Of a stretch of 64,000 bases of DNA, positions 55,723 through 64,000 are shown one piece after another (within the stretch, counting starts at the first letter, position 1; every line of letters begins with the position of its first letter). Source of the stretch: Trichoplax adhaerens. Lineage: Eukaryota; Animalia; Placozoa. The DNA lies in the NCBI RefSeq assembly GCF_000150275.1, contig NW_002060947.1:356695-420694 (forward strand), in the 5' to 3' direction. The position numbers were made by a program, and so were the translations under genes. The notes under the pieces are model-generated. The model did not search any database. It had not been told where the DNA came from and was given only the letters and a program-made list of their open reading frames with translations.

Positions 55723-56615
55723 GCTATTTTATAATATCTATAAAATCCATTTAATACCTATTGCCAGTTATTAATGTTTACCAGAAACACAATTTCTTTA
55801 AATTAATTAAAAAACCGGCAGAGATATGAGAGAAATATCCATTAGCTTTTAAAATTGTTTACGTTCGCTACTAGACTAGACTATAAACTAGCTAACATTG
55901 ATTTATAATGTAAGTATTATTATATTAGATAAAGCATTTTTATAACTTTACATAGGCCCTCGTATAGAAGCTGGTAAATTTAAAGCATAATATTTATTTT
56001 ACTTATTTCCATAAATAGCTGGTATTAGCATTAAGGACGATTGAAGATATAATAAATAATAATCTAATGCAGTACTTGTAAAATTTAGTAGATTGGCAAG
56101 ATGATGATTATCTCTAAACAACGCGGGTAGTTTTGGATGATATTACTCATCCAGATACGCCTATAATAATGGCAAACAACATATAATTTAGGAATAAATT
56201 GCGTATTTCAGAATCTGTATAAAGTAAAATCGCCATAATAATCTTTACCAGCTATCATCAAGGCAGTATATCGATGGCACTTGAATTTCCCTATTGTTGT
56301 AAACTATCAGTACTGAAACTATGATAAAGTATCGTAACATTCACTTCCTACGCCTTGAACGTATGCCATATTATAAATAAGCCATAGATTTTAGGCAAGT
56401 TTTATTTCGTAAGGTTTTTACAGTATTTCCCCTTAATAGATTATTCACTGAGCATTATTAATGCTATCTAATTAATGTGATGTTCATACATAGCTTATGT
56501 CAATAAAGACACTGTTATTCGTAAAATTTAGAATAAATTTTCCTTAAATCGCATTTACGAGTATAGATGTTTATATTCTATCTGACTCGTCCATGTTTGG
56601 CTTTGAAATCTTTAC

Positions 56616-59600
56616 TTATATGTCAATTTTTCTTAAAACATAATAATTCTTTCGGGAATCATTACAAATCATTAAATTTTGATCATCACTAAGTTTTAAT
56701 TTCTTTATCCTCTTCATAAGCTGGAAACAGAGCTGTTGCACGGGTTGTAATGTCTTTCGATGATAAATTCGAATTAAATTATCCTCTAATTCTAAAATAT
56801 ATTTTCCCTGCCAGCATTGGACAACATTTAATAATTTCATATTACAATGCATCCATACTCCTTGATATCCAATTGAAATTATGTACCAATTAGAATTGTA
56901 AATCTAGAATAAGTAGCAAATCATAATTTTGATATAGATTACATTGCTCAGAACATTATCTTTATGTTGTATCTTGTGTTAACTTTCTTATGCTTATTTT
57001 AATATAAGTGTAAAGTAAAGTTAGAATAGAATTTAAAGCGAAACCAGAAATTAATCTCAAAGATCTATAACAATTGGGGCAGTATTCAGTCTTGAAAAAT
57101 TTTTATTGAATTGATACTACTGGAATTAAATTTTAATCATGGTTAAGATATTAATTAGAATAACGTACCACGTAATTAGTCCCGTACTGTACAAAGAAAT
57201 AATCACCATTGATTGAATTGATCGCACCCTGATATTTATAATTGTAAAAATTCCTGAGGATGAATCATTTCATGTTATAACAATATTATAATGACACCTA
57301 CTTCTAAAATTTTGTAGTTAGAAACACCCAATTCGGCACTAGCAAGTTTTAGATCCATCGGCCTGCTAATATTTATACTGGATCCGTCAGTAGGAATTGA
57401 GATTTTTGAAATATTAATATGACTGGTGGATGGCTGCTTTCGTGTCTGTTGTATAATAGAGTTATTATCCAATCTATATACCTATTGCAAATTGTGCACA
57501 ATAAACGATTTTTCAATTTATGACATTTTGATAGCAATAGCCATAGTATTAAAAGCAAATTTAATGTAAAATAAGTAAATGCATTTAATTGTTTAGGCTA
57601 CCGCTTTTTAACCGCTTAAAGCTTCTTAAAAGCTCTAGCTGGTAATTATGTTTTTATACAAAAATTATCGATGACATAAGACATTCGATCAGTTGCAAAG
57701 ACTATTCAGCACCTTCAATATATGTCCGAATTGATGAGTCCAGCTATGAACAAGCATGTGATGATCATCTTCAAATATGAGAACTTTTCTCTTACATAGC
57801 GGATCATATTCTTGAAATACCTTGACTATTTGTCCATCTAAGTAATTTATCATGCTAATGATAAGACCATACGAATACTGTTGTAAATAATCAGAGATAA
57901 AAATAGAATTAGCAGAGTAGACAAAGTTCAAGGCTAGAATTATCAATTTAAACTTTAATGTAACCTCTGAACTAGTCAGTATAGCAAATTTTTGCGAACG
58001 ATTGTTATTGAATATTAATTATAGAAATAAAATACTGACATGAAATTGTTCTTCGTCATATTTCCAAGTAAAAATAAATTTATGGTCAAACTTCCGATAG
58101 TTCATTTTCCATAATTGCAAATTATAAGCTACAAAAGTTTGCTCTGTTTCCCATTTCACACGCCTAGGATTGTTTACTTCTCGTAGCTAATTAGAATGAA
58201 TGAAACTAATTAACAAATCACTCTATTGGGCACCAATAGCTTGATATAGCGAAGTAAAATTCAATTAAAAACGATCAGTAAGCTCTTTAACAACGGCTAA
58301 TGAAATAGAAGTGATTTAATCTATAAGTTCCTAAGATTTCAAAATTTTCAGTATAAAAGGATGTAATCTCAATATAGCTCCTAAAGAAATAAGAGAGCGT
58401 ATTCAGGATACAAACTAATTCGCCAAAATCTTATACACGGACTGACTGATTGCATATCCACTTTTTTGGGTATTCACACATAGACTAAATTTCAATGTAA
58501 TAGATCTACATCATATATTTCACGTGTATTCGCGATAATAAGAGAATCATCAATTATCAATTTCAGCTAACAATTTATAAAAATTTTCTTACTAAATATT
58601 TAATAAAAAGATTAAGGACTCTATAAAATCCTACGATATATTTAGTTTCATTGGAATTAATTTGACTAAGATGAGAACTCCAACGCCTTTTAATTAATGT
58701 ACATGTATAAGCTTCATAAGTAAGAGAGCTCTCGGGAGGTCATACTAGATCTGAGTACTAATGATAATAAAATAGTAGTACCTAATAGTCACCTAATCAG
58801 TAAAATCTTACTTGAGTAATTACATGCGAATGCATAGAATGTGACGTTCGCGAATTAGAACAACCACCGTTACATTCATATTTTTCTAATATAATAAAAT
58901 CATGCAGATTTTGGAATAAGCAAATATTCCATTCTTGTAATGGTTTACTGTTGGTCCACCCCCCAACACGATTAGAAGATACTTGTTCCAGGGTTTCTCC
59001 TTTGTAAATCTAATATGTGAAATGTATATATATAATGTCAAACATCCTATTTTTAATTAATCTCATATATTGCTATTTCATTGAAGTATTCGTTTTTAGA
59101 ATTAATGAATAAGGAAATTGCACTGCGTCTTCCTTGTTTAACATGCTTTTGCCAGCATTTAGTAAGATAAACTAATGCTAGTAATTAAGGCACATTAGCA
59201 GGGCCATTTTCCGAAATTCGCATACTTTGTAACTTACATTTAACGTCAGAATTTGATCCAATAACAAAATAATAGCCAAAATAGGAGTTTCATTTATAAA
59301 ATTATAATCTATCGCTAAAGATTTCCAGTTTCTGTTTTTTTCTACATTGTAACAATAATGTTCGCTTCTAATGATGTTCATATCACTTCTAATTATGTTT
59401 ATATCTTGAGAATGTGGTCGGTATATTAATAAATCTTGCATTCCAGGAATAAAACGAACGTGATAAATAGGCCATTGAAAGTGAATTAATCGACTAGGGA
59501 TGATGCCATCATAATTCCATTTTATAATCTATGGAATTGATATATGAACAATCAGATGCCATAGTCCTCTAATAATATTCATTCAATCGCTGATACTATG

Positions 59601-62600
59601 AGTAAATTCTTATTAGATCTATTAAATGCCTGGAGATTTGACATATTTATTCGAGTATGAAATTACAAATACTTGTGTACTGAAATATAATAATAAGAAG
59701 GAGGAATTTATAATCAAATTTCTAAGCTAATTTACAAACCAGGAGATCTTCCGAATTTGCAGACTGAAATAAAAGCAGCTGACAATCATATGAGGTTGAT
59801 AAATGCTTGTATCCATATTCTAATTTGTAGCATGCTCTGAAAAGGTTCTTAAATTCTTTACGTACATCTATCGTATTATTTTCATTTTGCTCGAGTAAAA
59901 CATATCCCAGAATGCAGCCATATTGGACTAGTAATGCATTTTTGAGGCCATCATATGATAAATTATGTAGCAGTAGTGTTTTATTTTCACGAACACTTTC
60001 TTTCGTGGTAGAGTAGTCGTACTTTAGTATCAATCTAGGTAATCGAATACGCCAGATACGATAAACATCTTCGATATTCCAAACCTTTAGGGAATATGGT
60101 AAATTAGTGATTATATAGCAACATCGATGAACTAAAGCGTTATAAATAAGTAAATACATTGCTGGTAATTAAAATTAAAAAATCACATCAATTTGGCATT
60201 TATTCCATGTCGCTGCATGGTATTTGATATTTTCCTCCAAATTTTGTTTCGTCCAGAACAAAAGCATAGATTTGCTTACTGCAAACTGTTGCCATGACAC
60301 TAAATTACTTTCAACAACAATTCTTTCCTTACAATATGCGCTAGTCTCGTAAATCTGCCAAATCTAAATAGAAATAATTTTGTTAAATTTATTCCAAAAG
60401 TGTAGCAAATACTCTCTAGAACCTTTTCAGGTACAATCAGGACTAGATGTAGTGATCAAGGTAACTAGTTGTTACATAGAAACTAGAATTTTAACTATAC
60501 TTTTACAAAGTACGCATCTTAGACTACATTGCTGTGATACTATACTGTAATTTTATTACGCTACAAGATAGCTCTATTGCTATTTTTTTCATACTTAGCA
60601 CACGTACTTTAATGATAGACTTTCTACTCCTTACATCGATAGTAAAAGCTATATGAGCTATTTTAGGAGAAAATTCTAACTGACAATCAGCACAATCAAC
60701 GATATCAGCGTTGGAATATTGAACAAATTGTAGTCGTTCATGATTATCCGCCAACCAAATTTCCCATTTGTGATACATATTGCTATTAGATAAATTCACA
60801 TCGTCTTCGCATCCTATAAGTACGGTTATTATACAGCTTCGTTAACATACTCAAATTTATATTTTCTGAGCTACAAAGTTCGTTACAGAAATACTATCAA
60901 AACATATCTATTTATTTCCTGTGCATTTATTGATAAGAAAATGAATCTTCAATATTTAATTAATGAATTGGCTATTATTCCAGCCCTAGAGCAATAAGCA
61001 TATATCCAAATACCTTTATCATTTCTAGCAAATGTGTTGTAATAAAGCGCATCTAAACCTGATAGTCTTGGCTATAAACAAAACAAAAAAATTTTATCGT
61101 TACTGCTAATACGCTGAAGATAATCAACTAACATAGTTAAAACTAGAAAAATTTAGGATTTCCTTATGTTAAGTGAATCAAAAAGGTTACAGCACATGAT
61201 GCAAGTATTATAGAAAGCATATGGATTAAAACAATCAGGTTCGTAATAAGTATCAAAGTTAAAAAATTTTTTAAAGATAAAAAATAAATACTAAATTTAT
61301 CAAAACGAATAATAATTCTTACTGGCTCATGATATTTCAGGGCTATAATACTTCCATCAGCGCTTATTTTGATCGATTTAATTTTAACGTTCATCTTAAT
61401 CCAATTGGTTACAGAGTTTCCCTTATCATAAATTAGCGTCTGCGTAGTAGAATATTCAAGTAAAATATTTAAAAAGGATGATAACATCAGGTAAACAGCA
61501 TCATTATTTTCATTCAACTTTATTTGGATTAAGTAAATCAATACGGAATTTACAGATTCTTATTATCATTCAAAGGTATCAGATATTGAGGATAATTGGA
61601 AATTATTGTAATTTTTTTTTATCGATTACAAAGAGTTCCTTACCGTAACTTTACTTTTCATGCCATCATTTTCACATAGTACAAATTTTAGTTTTGAGAG
61701 TGAAGGATTTGAACAAGCATAAACCGGAGAAGAGCTCTTAACTCTTTTTGTAAAAGATTTAGCAGTGATTTTGTTCTGTTCCTCACTAATTGCATACCAG
61801 CATCTTAAAAATATATCATAAACAATTACACTTAAAATATTACCAACTTTATCAATATTTTAACAGACCACGAATAAATATCGCATCATGTCATTAACGA
61901 GAGCTCTGGTACCGTAATTTGGAATAGATGGACAGTTTTTCTACTGTTCGTGCTTTAGCAATTGCAAGTGCTTTATTAAATATCTGAGTGGTTTCATCAC
62001 CAAAGAAAAGGATAAACTGCACCAAATCGATATTTTGCATGTTTAGATACTGCCCAAACTGTTTCAATATATGAAACAGCTCGGCATTGCCATACTTTAT
62101 TCGCTATAAATATATTGTCCATTAAAATGCAGTCCAATAAACCAGCTCAGTATATTCAAATAGTGGTAGTTAAATATAAACTTTTAACTATTATCAAAGT
62201 TGACCATTTCACTCTTTAGCAAATAAATATATATAAAAATTCTTCTTTAATAAACTATTAACTGTAAGCTTAAAAAGGTTAACTCGTTACAGTTTACCTA
62301 CAATTATATATAATTATTGGTTATTACTCTTTATACGCAGTAATTAAACTCGTCACCTAAAGTTTCTGACTTTAGCTTAGTGTAGAAAATAATGCAGTTA
62401 AGCTTAATATACTGTATACCCGTATTGATTCAAATCATTCTTAGATACAGTTACACCTAATATACTTCATACATGTATATTTATATGAAACATATAATTA
62501 TATATTTATACGCATATATGTACAATTGCTTAAACCATGATTATCAAGTTACCTTTGCTTGAAAGTAAGTTTCACAACATTTCATATCTAGATAGATACT

Positions 62601-64000
62601 CGAAACGGCTCTTGTAGCTCTTAGTTTAGTTTCTGTCCATTCAATGTCATCTATTAGTCTTACTAAGGTATCGGTAGCTTTAGCATCTATTATATGTTCG
62701 ATGATATAATGATAGAAGTAGCCATCATCTTTATGTTGATTCCATAAGCTACCATACTTCCAATAACAGCTGTCAATAAGTTTAGCGTGCAAATTTATTT
62801 TATGATCACAGATATCAGGACCTCGTTCACATTTATTGTATTGCATTCGCAGAAAATCGACAACAGCAGCGTTGATCTGGCAAAAATATCTACAGTATGA
62901 AACCGAAATTTTGAGAATTATTTATCTCAACGATACCTTAACAGAAAGGACTTGCTTCTTATAATAGCATCGTACTAAAAATATTTACTTTTATTTTATA
63001 ATCACTACTTCAAAGCAACAATCATGTACATATAATAAATTATCTCTACCTGAATAATTAGAATTATAACTTTATTCATTTAAAATTAATTATGTAGCTA
63101 CCTCTCTTGGTAATTCTTATGTACAGTAAGTAAATATCGCCCTTCTAGTTCTTTTAGTATAGCCAATGTATTGCAAAAAGATTTTCTCCATAGCAACATA
63201 ATCATGGTCACAGGAATTCTGACGCATTTAAATATGCTTAGATCAAATAGCCTTTGCTTAAAATTACTATCTAAACAGTCAACAGTCATCATAATTACTG
63301 TTTGAACATTAGACATTAAATTTCTTTTTTTATTTATGACTAGCCTATTGTATTCTATCATTTTTAACGCTTTGAAGCTTCTATTTATGTCGTCAAGATA
63401 TGAACTAGAAATTAACGTAACATTTAATGGTAAAACGCAGGAAACATCAATTAAGTCTCCAGTTACTTACTCAGTGATTGTAGTTTTCGATTTATTTTTA
63501 TCTAATAAGCGTAGAAACTGTGCAATATCATCAAATTTCCAAGCAGCCTAAATAGTGTTGTTGTTGATTGTTATTAGAATGCGAGAAGAAAATATTTATT
63601 TAATTATTTTAAAATGAAGGTTACCTGTACCATAATTTGATGGAAAGAATCGTCAATTGGACCATCCAAATTGTGTGTAGTCACAACTGCTTTATCAGCA
63701 AATGTAAAATAATCCATAAATGAGAGATTTCGAACATCGTCAAATATAAAAAGAGGACAAGCTCCCTTTATATTATCTGTTGCGCAAATAAATGTAAGTT
63801 TTAGTATTAATGCACTTTTTACTGATTTAGTATATTAATTTTCTGTTATGCGAATATCTCAAAAATGTTGCTAATATGTCTTGAAGTTTGAAAGTGACAT
63901 TATCTGTATTACCATGTAGATAGTATTGAATGCAATCTACCACTTCTATTAGATCAGTAGGTGACTGCGTGATAGCAATTCCGGCATTTAATCGATGGTA
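56616..64000 (-). CDS. APAF-1-like NB-ARC + helical domain + divergent WD40 protein; 5' end beyond the window; one in-frame TAA at 63467-63469 (possible pseudogene or splice-rescued allele)
   Basis: Exons: >64000-63913; 63776-63625 (Walker B PLFIFDDV, sensor-1 AVVTTH); 63547-63102 (VLPL; LFDLSIFKCVRIPVTMIMLLW, winged-helix-like); 62889-62553 (VVDFL; GYFYHYIIEHI; IEWTETKL); 62103-61913 (NIDLVQF...IFNKALAIAK); 61803-61644; 61439-61323 (IKISADGSIIA); then further beta-rich exons ending IKKLKLSDDQNLMICNDSRKNYYVLRKIDI*. Motif order is colinear with vertebrate APAF-1 as I recall it; no alignment was run. Confidence 0.82.

Noticed and set aside
59360-59405. 21-bp tandem duplication in an APAF-1-like exon (INIIRSD/MNIIRSE)
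   Set aside because: Ordinary in-frame slippage duplication with no evident significance.

Overview
AT-rich, intron-dense eukaryotic (animal) genomic DNA. The short introns and gene content would fit a basal metazoan such as a placozoan, but that is inference. The ORF track misses almost everything because the exons are tiny. Manual splicing gives three main components. (1) A 2-exon TDG/MUG-family G:T/U mismatch DNA glycosylase (-, 3378-4194). (2) A head-to-tail tandem array of five paralogous extracellular LRR genes (+, ~8.7-55.7 kb). Each has a signal-peptide exon, an LRRNT exon, 14-17 single-LRR phase-2/phase-2 exons (mostly exactly 72 nt; 77 LRR exons in total), a 6-Cys CC cap exon and, in four of five, a Ser/Thr/Pro stalk with a GPI-type hydrophobic tail. 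This is a VLR-like architecture whose cap resembles the hinge of LRR-GPCRs (RXFP/GRL101 type), but with no 7TM. (3) A convergent APAF-1-like NB-ARC/WD40 gene (-, 56616 to >64000). It carries one in-frame TAA that overlaps a perfect GTAAGT donor of a frame-preserving 90-nt candidate new intron. Weak, decayed death-fold, NB-ARC and Ly6-like remnants occur on the minus strand inside the large first introns and at the left edge. There is one assembly gap (51058-51162).
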